DNA from: a virus
Lineage: Duplodnaviria > Caudoviricetes
Direction: 5' to 3' (one strand)
Virus record (IMG/VR): IMGVR_UViG_3300041809_000290
Location: 1 to 56,028 of that record
Length of the DNA: 56,028 nt
Under the pieces are notes generated by a model. It worked only from the letters and a program-made list of their open reading frames with translations, made no database searches and was not told the DNA's origin. Of this stretch, positions 36,735 through 45,218 are shown in pieces. The position numbers and the translations under genes are program-made. Within the stretch, counting starts at the first letter, position 1. Every line of letters starts with the position of its first letter.

Positions 36735-37124
36735 ATGTCCGACGTACAGATTGATCCACCTAAACAGGTACAACCTGTACGTCGGCGATTTGGAATATTT
36801 CATGATCCTCTTGGAGATGTTTCGAGTAAACGAGTCCAATCGTTTAGTGCATTTTTAGAAGCGGTATTTGCTCCATTGTGGGCACCTATAATTCAAGACA
36901 TTCTTCAAAAGCATTATGGAACACAAGTCCAAATCCCCATATTAGGCATAATGGCACTTTTGTTAAGTTATTCAGCAGCACTTCAAGGAATAGCTTGGGG
37001 AAATGAAAGCAGGATGAATTCATCAGGGTATCAACCTCCGATGAATTATAATTCAATAGGGGCTATTTCAACTCAATCAAATACCAAATTATTTGATCCC
37101 AAGGCTACTACTTTAGAGAATTAA
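36735..37124 (+). CDS. Holin-like membrane protein
   Basis: VSSKRV motif plus hydrophobic segments. Confidence 0.5.
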   Translation: MSDVQIDPPKQVQPVRRRFGIFHDPLGDVSSKRVQSFSAFLEAVFAPLWAPIIQDILQKHYGTQVQIPILGIMALLLSYSAALQGIAWGNESRMNSSGYQPPMNYNSIGAISTQSNTKLFDPKATTLEN

Positions 37125-37133
37125 GGAGGAGGT

Positions 37134-37430
37134 ATGAAATGTCAACGGATTCTAGTACTGGTTCTAAGTTTAGCCCTCATCTCATCGTGGTGCCATGCAT
37201 CGCCTGCGCAGTCCTCGGAATCCTCATCGGCTTCGGAGCAAGCAAAGCAGCAGGCAGCTTCTTTAGCGGCGCAGGCATTATTGGACAGTCAGCAAGCGCT
37301 CAAAGAGTCGAAGCAACTGATCAAAGAGCAATCGACAACGATAGTGTGGCTTTCAATAGGCTGTGCCGTACTTTCAATCTCGACTCTAACGGCCGCATCC
37401 GCAGCAGTAATTAGTGCCATTAAGCACTAA
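37134..37430 (+). CDS. Spanin-like protein (signal peptide, coiled coil, C-terminal hydrophobic segment)
   Basis: AAGGAGGAGG RBS; architecture; end of the lysis cluster. Confidence 0.55.
   Translation: MKCQRILVLVLSLALISSWCHASPAQSSESSSASEQAKQQAASLAAQALLDSQQALKESKQLIKEQSTTIVWLSIGCAVLSISTLTAASAAVISAIKH
37139..37414 (+). CDS. Fully nested spanin-like partner with N-terminal TM
   Basis: Different frame, shares the RBS tract, has a TM segment. Confidence 0.5.
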   Translation: MSTDSSTGSKFSPHLIVVPCIACAVLGILIGFGASKAAGSFFSGAGIIGQSASAQRVEATDQRAIDNDSVAFNRLCRTFNLDSNGRIRSSN

Positions 37431-37450
37431 TCTATTCGGTAGATCGAAAC

Positions 37451-37478
37451 AAACCCGGTTGTTTAACCGGGTTTATTT
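37451..37478 (+). terminator. Intrinsic terminator
   Basis: AAACCCGGTT-gttt-AACCGGGTTT-ATTT. Confidence 0.8.
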
Positions 37479-37499
37479 ATATACATTACAAAGACATAC

Positions 37500-37524
37500 A
37501 ATTTCGTGTCATCATCACGGAATC
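37500..37524. repeat. Dispersed 25-bp palindrome, copy 3
   Basis: AATTTCGTG-TCATCAT-CACGGAATC (2 mismatches to copy 1). Confidence 0.85.
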
Positions 37525-37527
37525 ATA

Positions 37528-37556
37528 TTGACGTGGAATAAATTTAACGATATAAC
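37528..37556 (+). promoter_or_regulatory. sigma70-type promoter
   Basis: TTGACG-17-TATAAC, 3 bp after palindrome copy 3. Confidence 0.65.
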
Positions 37557-37562
37557 AATACA

Positions 37563-38966
37563 GTGACGTCTAAACATTACACTCTAGGAGAGCAACAGAT
37601 GATTGCCACGACTAAGGAAGTTAATGGAATTAGTCAAGACTTGGTAAAGTTCTCTTATCATTTTGCATATCGAATGAAGAGATTTATTCATGCCGAAGTA
37701 GAGGATTTAAGCCAGGAACTTTTAACTCGCACTTTGGAGTACATTTATAAACAACCGACAGCTGTTAAGAAGGCCACGATAACAACATTTAAATCCCATT
37801 GTCTTAGCCTTATGTCGTGGACGGCAAGAAAGATGTTATCTGAAAAGTGCAGTCAAAAAAAAGGCCACGCCATATCTCGTGCTAAACAACGTATAGATGG
37901 GTTATGCTTTGATAATTCTCAGGGTCTAATAGATAGAAATAAGCTTCCTGACATTTGTCAATATTCGTCCAATCAATCAGTAACCACATGTAAGATTCCA
38001 ATTGTGGATTATGCTGAAAGTCGATATGATGACTTTGATAGGTTGGTATTAAAATTGGACATAAACAGGATAAAATCAGTGCTTAGTTCCGATGAATTAT
38101 CTGTTGTCAATCTTTTGGAACAAGGGTTTCGAGGAAGAGAAATAAATAAGATAATGTCAGGAAGTCATGGGTACGCACATTTCATGTTAAAGAATCTTCG
38201 ATCAAAATTAACGGCTATTAAAGATATTTACTTTAATGACTTGACATTCAAACAAATTAAACATAATATTAAATCTGCATCAATAAATGAGGGTCTTTTG
38301 ATCCCCAAAGAACATGAAGGAGGTTGCAATATGGCGACCACGAAGAAGACTCCGGATAAAAAGAAGGCGCCTGCAAAGAAGGCTCCGAGCAAAGATCCCA
38401 AGGCCAAGAAAGAGGTTGCGAAGAAGGCTCCTGCGAAGGCTTCCGCAAATGCCCCTGTTACCAAGGCAAAGCCCAAGGCAAAGGAGAGGGCTCCTCGCGT
38501 GCCGGGAAAGAGCGAAAAGATAGTTGCATTCATTCAGCCGTTCCTCGATAAGGGAAAGTTGTCGAGGCGCGAAATCGCCGTCAAGGTGGCTGAGAAGTTC
38601 GATCTTACGGAAGGAACTTCGTACATCTATGTCACTCGACAAGCCAACGAGGGCAACTCTCCCAAGAAGAAGACTGCGAGCAAGCCTTCTGAAAAGAAGA
38701 CTCCATCAAAGACTTCGAACAAGAAGGCGCCTGCAAAGACTCCGGCCAAGCCCAAATCGAAGAAAGCCAAAATCGAAGAAGAGGAATACGAAGAGGAAGA
38801 GGCCCCTGCTCCTAAGAAGAAGTCGTCAAAGGCAAAAGCGAAGACTGCAAAGTCAAAGGGAAAGCCCAAGGATGAAGAGGGGGATGAGGATCTTCTTGAG
38901 GACCCCTTCGCCGATGAGGACGACGCTGAGGAGGAAGAGGAAGAGTTCGATCCGGAATCGGACTGA
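37563..38966 (+). CDS. Sigma-factor-like protein in frame with a histone-like K/A-rich, acidic-tail domain
   Basis: EVEDLSQE (region 2-like), LSSDELSVVNLLEQGFRGREI (region 4 HTH-like), KKAPAK repeats. Confidence 0.65.
   Translation: MTSKHYTLGEQQMIATTKEVNGISQDLVKFSYHFAYRMKRFIHAEVEDLSQELLTRTLEYIYKQPTAVKKATITTFKSHCLSLMSWTARKMLSEKCSQKKGHAISRAKQRIDGLCFDNSQGLIDRNKLPDICQYSSNQSVTTCKIPIVDYAESRYDDFDRLVLKLDINRIKSVLSSDELSVVNLLEQGFRGREINKIMSGSHGYAHFMLKNLRSKLTAIKDIYFNDLTFKQIKHNIKSASINEGLLIPKEHEGGCNMATTKKTPDKKKAPAKKAPSKDPKAKKEVAKKAPAKASANAPVTKAKPKAKERAPRVPGKSEKIVAFIQPFLDKGKLSRREIAVKVAEKFDLTEGTSYIYVTRQANEGNSPKKKTASKPSEKKTPSKTSNKKAPAKTPAKPKSKKAKIEEEEYEEEEAPAPKKKSSKAKAKTAKSKGKPKDEEGDEDLLEDPFADEDDAEEEEEEFDPESD
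38331..38966 (+). CDS. Nested in-frame histone H1-like DNA-binding protein
   Basis: Internal TTGACA-17-TAATAT (38241-38269), GAAGGAGG RBS, ATG 38331, abrupt codon-bias change. Confidence 0.7.
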   Translation: MATTKKTPDKKKAPAKKAPSKDPKAKKEVAKKAPAKASANAPVTKAKPKAKERAPRVPGKSEKIVAFIQPFLDKGKLSRREIAVKVAEKFDLTEGTSYIYVTRQANEGNSPKKKTASKPSEKKTPSKTSNKKAPAKTPAKPKSKKAKIEEEEYEEEEAPAPKKKSSKAKAKTAKSKGKPKDEEGDEDLLEDPFADEDDAEEEEEEFDPESD

Positions 38967-39000
38967 TACACGTAATAAAAAGTTCTCATGGAGAATCGGA

Positions 39001-39028
39001 CCGCTTTCAAATCTGGAAGCGGTCTTTT
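39001..39028 (+). terminator. Intrinsic terminator
   Basis: CCGCTTTC...GGAAGCGG-TCTTTT. Confidence 0.7.
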
Positions 39029-39035
39029 ATTTTAC

Positions 39036-39064
39036 TTGAATTATTCCAAATAATCGGATAAGAT
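39036..39064 (+). promoter_or_regulatory. sigma70-type promoter of replication operon
   Basis: TTGAAT-17-TAAGAT. Confidence 0.6.
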
Positions 39065-39137
39065 ATAGAGTGATAGAGCAAGACGCTTGGGAACGTTATG
39101 CTTCATCCTAGCCTAGCCTTCCGAGATTGGGCATTAT

Positions 39138-39231
39138 GAAGAGTATTTGAGGGGCTAGCGTAGGCGCGTTGTTCTCGGCAACGCGAAAGGATGACCAAGC
39201 ATCCGTTACGCTAGCCCCTCGTTTATTCTTC
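39138..39231 (+). ncRNA. Structured three-way-junction leader RNA
   Basis: 14-bp perfect stem 39149-39162/39207-39220 enclosing two hairpins. Confidence 0.65.
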
Positions 39232-39248
39232 AAATAATTTAGGAGCGG

Positions 39249-40358
39249 TTGATGAGTTTATCACAATTGCAAATAAACTGTCTTCATGAAATTATTAATG
39301 AATACTTGATAAGAGGGGAAATTAACCATACAAACGCATATATTCTAGACTTTTTAATTTCTAAGCCCCTGCATCGGTTTGAAGTTATGGATCTTGCATA
39401 TCATTGTGGAGTATCTAGGGCGGTAATGTTTAGACAACTTGCTTTATTTAAACAATTAGGATTATTAACTTATACGAAATATCATACTATAGGATCTACT
39501 AATAAACGTATTTATAAATTTAAAGCTGGTACAAAACTGATTAGACAATTTAATTCTAAAATGCAGTTTATCGAAAAGATTCTTGATGTGCATAAAGAGG
39601 AAATTAAATCAAAAACAGGTAGAGAAATTGGTAGTAAGCGTATCGAGATTGATACAGTTATTCGAAATCCTGATGACCCGAATATGCAAAAAAAGTACTC
39701 AAATGAGACAGTTGAAATTCATAAAAACCCTAGTAAAAGAGTGAAATTGGGACCTAACCGTCTCATTTCGGAATCTAGGTCTATAAGACCAGGGTATATA
39801 TATAGTTCTTCTATGGATAATATTAGTAAGAATAAGAATAAAGATAGTAAGATTAATAGTAAAATAAATAAGCGCGCGCCAAAATTAAATGAACTGCTGT
39901 ATCAGTCTGTTATAGATGATATGAATGAAGTTGGTAGATTAACAAAAGCAAAGTTCCGTTTAATACCAGATACAATTAAATTAATAAAAGCTCTATTTGA
40001 GTCCGGTTACACCTTAGACGATTTTAAGGCAGCACATCGCGGCATCCATTCGACATCTCAAGTCTGGTATTTAAAACGTGGATTGTATAATCCCCAATTT
40101 CTATATCAACCTAAAAACTTCGAGAAGTTTACAGTGCTTAGTGTTTCAGAGCAGGAAGCTGAAGATGTTGAGAATGATGTGACAAGAATAAGCGATAAAG
40201 AATTAGCTAAGAAGATAGTAGACAAAACTGCATCAAGCGAGGAGATTGACGAATATTGGCGTAGAGCCCCCAAACGTAGGAAGGAAGAGGAGATAGAGAA
40301 GGAGCGAATCCGTAAACATTTTGGCGTTAAGAAGCCGAAGCCCATACATACTTTCTAG
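39249..40358 (+). CDS. Phage replication initiator (N-terminal HTH)
   Basis: LAYHCGVSRAVMFRQL HTH; GYTLDDFK...PQFLY..KNFEK C-terminal domain; precedes the loader. Confidence 0.75.
   Translation: MMSLSQLQINCLHEIINEYLIRGEINHTNAYILDFLISKPLHRFEVMDLAYHCGVSRAVMFRQLALFKQLGLLTYTKYHTIGSTNKRIYKFKAGTKLIRQFNSKMQFIEKILDVHKEEIKSKTGREIGSKRIEIDTVIRNPDDPNMQKKYSNETVEIHKNPSKRVKLGPNRLISESRSIRPGYIYSSSMDNISKNKNKDSKINSKINKRAPKLNELLYQSVIDDMNEVGRLTKAKFRLIPDTIKLIKALFESGYTLDDFKAAHRGIHSTSQVWYLKRGLYNPQFLYQPKNFEKFTVLSVSEQEAEDVENDVTRISDKELAKKIVDKTASSEEIDEYWRRAPKRRKEEEIEKERIRKHFGVKKPKPIHTF
39617..39870. other. Putative replication origin inside the initiator gene
   Basis: Degenerate palindromes (GTATCGAGATTGATAC, GTACTCAAATGAGAC, GTCTCATTTCGGAA) followed by an AT-rich tract. 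Confidence 0.45.
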
Positions 40359-40369
40359 GAGACAGTTAA

Positions 40370-41155
40370 ATGACCAAGTTTAATCAAGAGCTTAGGAATC
40401 AGGTTGAAGAGTTAAAGCACAACATCATAGGGCGCTGCAAAATATGCCACGGCAAAGGTACTATCACTGATTCTCATGATGACCAAATGTATTCGAATTG
40501 TAAGTGCAAGATTATATTCAGATATTTGTCCCGTTTAACAAAGGCACTCATTCCTTCGGATTATTGGGCGCTTGATTATGATGACTTACAGTTAAGCGAC
40601 GAGGTTCGTGATAAGACAAGCACGTTTATTGCACACCTGGATCGAGCCCATAAATTGGGTCTTGGTTTAATATTCCAGGGAAATAACGGAGTGGGCAAGA
40701 CCTCTGTAGCTTGTGAGATCGGGAAAGCCGCAATCGTTCAGGGATTTTCGGTGAGATACTTTACGCTTGCCGCTTATGTCGATGCTACCTTCGCTAAGAA
40801 TGAGGATTTAATTGACTACTATGAGCAAGGGCAATTTCTAATCATCGACGAGGTTGATAAGTGCTCTAATAAAATTAAGGTAATGATGGATAATCTATTC
40901 AGGCGTTTATTTAATATGCGCAAGGTTGTCATATGTGCGACTAACGCTGATAGGGATACTTTGGACGCTCTACTCGGAAAGTCCATTGTGTCTTTATTAA
41001 AGAGACATTGTATGCGTTTAATATTCGACGGTGAGGACTATAGTGAGGTTGTGGAGGACAACTTTGAAAGTAGATTGCTTGGAGAATTTAATTATTATGC
41101 ACCCGCAATTAAAAAGATGGCTTACGATTTTGAGAAGTTTGATTTAAATCGTTAA
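40370..41155 (+). CDS. dnaC: DnaC/IstB-like AAA+ helicase loader
   Basis: CxxC..CxC, Walker A GNNGVGKT, Walker B LIIDE. Confidence 0.85.
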   Translation: MTKFNQELRNQVEELKHNIIGRCKICHGKGTITDSHDDQMYSNCKCKIIFRYLSRLTKALIPSDYWALDYDDLQLSDEVRDKTSTFIAHLDRAHKLGLGLIFQGNNGVGKTSVACEIGKAAIVQGFSVRYFTLAAYVDATFAKNEDLIDYYEQGQFLIIDEVDKCSNKIKVMMDNLFRRLFNMRKVVICATNADRDTLDALLGKSIVSLLKRHCMRLIFDGEDYSEVVEDNFESRLLGEFNYYAPAIKKMAYDFEKFDLNR

Positions 41156-41174
41156 ACAAAGGTAGGTTTATTAA

Positions 41175-42608
41175 ATGAGCAGCGTTGAAACCTTTGTGGA
41201 GCGGAATTACCGCTCAGAGGACATAGAACTAGAACTAGCGGCATTTATATGCAAGCAGTCTAGTGAATTTATATCCGGTCTGGAGCCTGAATGGTTTAGT
41301 AGCATAATCATCGCAAATATAATTAAAGTTGAACGGGAGATTAGGACCCCGATAACTAAAGACGTTCTTGACGTTAAACTGAGGGCGGCGAAGTACATTA
41401 AGAAAGATGAGCAAGAATTATATGATGATACGATTGACAAGATTTATTCGATTCGACCTAGTGTGTTAACTGAGAGGGCGTTCAAGGCAAATAGGGAAAC
41501 CCTGATTGAATTGTTTGAGGGTCGCACTATGCTTCAGGGCATGAAGTCTGTAATTAAGAATATTAAACGTATGACCGTGACTGAAATAAAACAGCAACTT
41601 CAAACTATAAGCACTGGTGTGAGAGTTAAGGACGGAATTAATGGCGGAAATTATGTTGATAATTTTGAGGATAGATATGAAAGCATCGTTAAGAAGCAGG
41701 AGTTTGCAAAAGATGGAAATAGCGCTGGCGTATTAACCGGGATTCACGCATTCGATTCTATGACGGGCGGTTTAATGCCGGGGGAGTTTGGAGTAATAGG
41801 TGGTCGTTCAGGAATAGGAAAGACCGCTATGCTCGAGTGCTTAGGGACAAGCGCTTGGCGAGATTTCGGGAAGAATGTTTTATTTGTATCCGGGGAGATG
41901 CCGAGGTTTGATGTCGAGTTGAGATTTGATTCAAACATAGCTGGAGTTTCTAGCAGCAAGTTTAGAATGGGCGATTTAACTCAAAAGGAAATGGATGCGT
42001 GGCGTAGGAAGGTTGAGGAAGAGGGTGAGGTTCATCAGAACTTTTTGGAGGTTGTGTCATTCCCGAGAAACTTTACAGCGGCAGACATTGAAGGGTGCGC
42101 ATTAAATATTCAGGATAAATACGGTGCGCCTATTAATTTAATACTGCTTGACTATCTTAACATAATGAATCCAATACATAGTCATGGATCTTCAAAAGAG
42201 TGGTCGGCGCAGTCCGATGTCTGTTGGGAAGTGAAGGTACTAACATCCACATTAAATGATACTTGCGCTTTATGGACTGCAAATCAATTAATTGATGAGG
42301 CGATAGACGCCGAGGCTTTGAGCTTGGGGGACTTTAAATATGCGAGGGCTATCACCGAGACCGCCCCTGTCGTAGTTGGTCTCGTGCAGACGGAATCTGA
42401 TCGAGATGATGATGTAATTCAATTGCAAGTTTTAAAGATGCGTAATGCCGAACTTCCAACGAGGGCTATTGTGTTGCATCCGGACATGGACCATATGCGA
42501 ATATTCCAGGAGCAGTCGCATGAAATTAAAGACTTTGCATTGTGGGACGAGGACGATACTCGTGCTATGCCAAAAAAGAAGCGCAAGCACGACTTTGCAA
42601 AGGATTAA
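41175..42608 (+). CDS. dnaB: Replicative helicase (DnaB family)
   Basis: TGIHAFD..TGGL, GRSGIGKT, SGEM, LLDYL, LKMR. Confidence 0.92.
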   Translation: MSSVETFVERNYRSEDIELELAAFICKQSSEFISGLEPEWFSSIIIANIIKVEREIRTPITKDVLDVKLRAAKYIKKDEQELYDDTIDKIYSIRPSVLTERAFKANRETLIELFEGRTMLQGMKSVIKNIKRMTVTEIKQQLQTISTGVRVKDGINGGNYVDNFEDRYESIVKKQEFAKDGNSAGVLTGIHAFDSMTGGLMPGEFGVIGGRSGIGKTAMLECLGTSAWRDFGKNVLFVSGEMPRFDVELRFDSNIAGVSSSKFRMGDLTQKEMDAWRRKVEEEGEVHQNFLEVVSFPRNFTAADIEGCALNIQDKYGAPINLILLDYLNIMNPIHSHGSSKEWSAQSDVCWEVKVLTSTLNDTCALWTANQLIDEAIDAEALSLGDFKYARAITETAPVVVGLVQTESDRDDDVIQLQVLKMRNAELPTRAIVLHPDMDHMRIFQEQSHEIKDFALWDEDDTRAMPKKKRKHDFAKD

Positions 42609-42612
42609 ATAA

Positions 42613-43578
42613 ATGATCGACTATTTGGCGTTGCTCGATAAATATAATATTGGAATTGACCGACATGCTGGAGAGGATGAAGTATTTATTGATACGTGTC
42701 CTTATCATGATGAGAATACGCCCTCCCTTGCATTTAATATTAAGACGGGCGTCTTTTATTGCCACGGCTGCAAGGAGGCGGGAACTTTTGAAAAGCTCCT
42801 TGCCGATTATACAGGAATGTCTAGAGTTGATGCAAAGCAGGAATTGTTAAGCTTAGAGACGGCGGATAATTTAATTGATGAATTAAATGATTCCATTGAG
42901 GAATTGGACAGGGAAGAAGTCAAGAAGGAGCTAAAATATCTCTCGATAAAGAGTTTCCATAAAATATATAAACCACTTGAATTATGTCCAAAATCTTGGC
43001 AATATGTAGTTGATAGGGGATTTAAGCCAAACACAATACGGGAGTTCGATTTTAGATACGGCGGTAAATCTGGTCGGTGGGCAGAGCGAGTAATCATACC
43101 GATTTACAATGAGGGTGGGAAATTGCTGTCGTTTACAGGACGTACTTTAATCAAGGGCAAGAATCCCAAGTACAAGAATGTGAAAGGGCGTTCGAATCTT
43201 CGGGCGCTCTATGGTCTTAATAATCTGCTTGTTAAATATAATATAGGCAAGTCCAAGTTTCCCTACCTCATGGTCGAGGAAGGCACCTTAGACGCGAGCT
43301 ACCTTCAGCAATTTGGGATTTTGGCAGTATCCACTACTGGAACTAACGAATTAAAGCCCCATCAAGTTTATTTATTAAAACGATATGCGGATATGGTGGT
43401 ATTAAACTATGATGGAGACCGAGCAGGCGACAAGGCATTTGAAATTAATCGCGGTTTATTGACAAAATATCTGCCTGTGGTTGAATTGAAGATTCCAGGT
43501 GGGAAAGATCCTAACGACCTTCGACCCTCAGAGGTTCAGAAGGTGTATAAGGAGTATTTAAATGCAAGCACCATTTGA
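42613..43578 (+). CDS. dnaG: DNA primase (CHC2 zinc finger + TOPRIM)
   Basis: CPYHDENTPS..CHGC; EG.LD; DGDRAG; KDPND. Confidence 0.92.
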   Translation: MIDYLALLDKYNIGIDRHAGEDEVFIDTCPYHDENTPSLAFNIKTGVFYCHGCKEAGTFEKLLADYTGMSRVDAKQELLSLETADNLIDELNDSIEELDREEVKKELKYLSIKSFHKIYKPLELCPKSWQYVVDRGFKPNTIREFDFRYGGKSGRWAERVIIPIYNEGGKLLSFTGRTLIKGKNPKYKNVKGRSNLRALYGLNNLLVKYNIGKSKFPYLMVEEGTLDASYLQQFGILAVSTTGTNELKPHQVYLLKRYADMVVLNYDGDRAGDKAFEINRGLLTKYLPVVELKIPGGKDPNDLRPSEVQKVYKEYLNASTI

Positions 43579-43906
43579 AATTGGAGAAGTGGTGATTTGC
43601 GTGGACGCCGCCGACATCTCTTCGCCACCGTGGCATCCTCTCGAGTGCGGTCATATGTACACAATTAGGGACATTGCACGGTTTGATGGGCCTGATGTGG
43701 TGCACGATAAGAACATACATAAAAATTGTAAGTGGGTCGTCTGGCTCATGGAAATTCACAATATGAGCAATAGAGCTGCCGCTATGGCTCTTGGTATTAA
43801 TCCAATAAGTAATAATGAGCTAGGATATGCGGCAACTCGCTTTGAGAAGATGGATTCTGAAATGCTCGAAGAAACGATTGATGTTAAGGCAGAGGAGGTC
43901 GCGTAA
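43562..43906 (+). CDS. Hypothetical protein, paralogue of 5567-5821
   Basis: FEIGEVVICVD...GHMYTIR...TRF. Confidence 0.7.
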   Translation: MQAPFEIGEVVICVDAADISSPPWHPLECGHMYTIRDIARFDGPDVVHDKNIHKNCKWVVWLMEIHNMSNRAAAMALGINPISNNELGYAATRFEKMDSEMLEETIDVKAEEVA

Positions 43907-44154
43907 TGAACTTGTATCTGTGTTCTAATCAAATTGGAGACTATTATGTAATTGCAGAAGATCCAACTTCCGCCCAAATTAAATTGGAGCGCTTATTGGG
44001 TGGCGGTGGTGTGGAGGGAAGCGGTTACGGACTTAGTTTTGAACGAAAGGTTGAGAATATAAAGCTTCTTGCAATAGCAATAACGTTTGATAAGGATAAA
44101 CGGCCAGAATTTACTGGTAAATATTTAATATTAAATGAGGAAGCTACAAAATGA
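43906..44154 (+). CDS. Hypothetical protein
   Basis: Coupled ORF with RBS. Confidence 0.7.
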   Translation: MNLYLCSNQIGDYYVIAEDPTSAQIKLERLLGGGGVEGSGYGLSFERKVENIKLLAIAITFDKDKRPEFTGKYLILNEEATK

Positions 44155-44816
44155 AAATAATTGATCAATCCTGTCAAATATTGTCTAATAACTATTTTGA
44201 TAATGATAAGAAATTCATTGAAATGTCGGGTAGGGTGGCTTATAAATCTGAGGACAAAATATCAGATGATTCCGCCGATCAGTTTATTAAAATGATTGTT
44301 CTAAAGGGACACGAGGCTGTTCTCGAACATTCTTCGATGAGTGTTAAGTTTATTACTGATCGTGGCGTGAGTCACGAACTAATTCGACATCGAATAGCGA
44401 GTTTTACACAGGAGTCAACGAGGTATTGTGATTACTCGAAGGACAAATTTAATCGACAAATAACTTATATACGTCCAGTTTGGGTAGATTCTTTAGTTGT
44501 ATCAATCAACACAGAAGAGAACTGGAAGTCTACAAGTACAAATTATTTGTGGTATCAGTCAATGCGCGAGGCTGAGAACTTTTATTTTGAATTACTGTCA
44601 AAAGGGTGGAGTCCTCAACAAGCTAGGAGCGTTCTACCAAACAGTCTAAAGACTGAAATAGTGGTTACTGCTAACTTCAGAGAATGGCGACATATATTTA
44701 AACTTAGGGCCATATCGAAGGCTGCACATCCTCAGATGAGGGATCTTATTATTCCATTGTATCGATATTGTCGGCACAATTGCCCAAGTGTGTTTGATAT
44801 GGGGGATGTAGAATGA
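44151..44816 (+). CDS. thyX: Flavin-dependent thymidylate synthase
   Basis: GHEAVLEH, RHRIASFTQESTR signature, ARSVLP, AHPQMR. Confidence 0.95.
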   Translation: MKIIDQSCQILSNNYFDNDKKFIEMSGRVAYKSEDKISDDSADQFIKMIVLKGHEAVLEHSSMSVKFITDRGVSHELIRHRIASFTQESTRYCDYSKDKFNRQITYIRPVWVDSLVVSINTEENWKSTSTNYLWYQSMREAENFYFELLSKGWSPQQARSVLPNSLKTEIVVTANFREWRHIFKLRAISKAAHPQMRDLIIPLYRYCRHNCPSVFDMGDVE

Positions 44817-44992
44817 TTCACTATCGTGTTGACTTGGTTCCTAGGGAACGACAAGCTCTCATAGACTCAATCGGTATTAGAATTGGGAGTGGGGATATGG
44901 CCGACGATATATATTTTCAGAATTTAATTTATAAACTTAGAAGTGCTGAGGTAATTAATAAAGTTAGGAGAGCAGATAATGGCAAAGACTGA
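44813..44992 (+). CDS. Small hypothetical protein (59 aa)
   Basis: ATGA-coupled, hand-translated MIHYRVDLVP... Confidence 0.5.
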   Translation: MIHYRVDLVPRERQALIDSIGIRIGSGDMADDIYFQNLIYKLRSAEVINKVRRADNGKD

Positions 44993-45218
44993 ACCTATTT
45001 CTGGTTGTGTCGATCTTTTGATAGTTCATCCCCAACATTACAATCAAACAAAATTTGAAGTATGGGACGTTTTGGATGCGTGGTTTCCTCATGATCCCCT
45101 TCTCTGGCAAGCAGTGAAATATATTGCGCGCGCTCCATTTAAGGGTAACTCAGTTCAAGACATAGGAAAGGCCCTAAACTACCTACAACGTTGGATAGAT
45201 AAGGAGCAATCAAAATGA
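44979..45218 (+). CDS. DUF3310-like protein
   Basis: HPQHY...AVKYIARAPFKG..QDIGKA..YL. Confidence 0.85.
   Translation: MAKTEPISGCVDLLIVHPQHYNQTKFEVWDVLDAWFPHDPLLWQAVKYIARAPFKGNSVQDIGKALNYLQRWIDKEQSK

Noticed and set aside
39138-39231. Hammerhead ribozyme or tRNA
   Set aside because: Has a three-stem junction with GAAA but lacks the CUGANGA core; no T-loop or anticodon cloverleaf.
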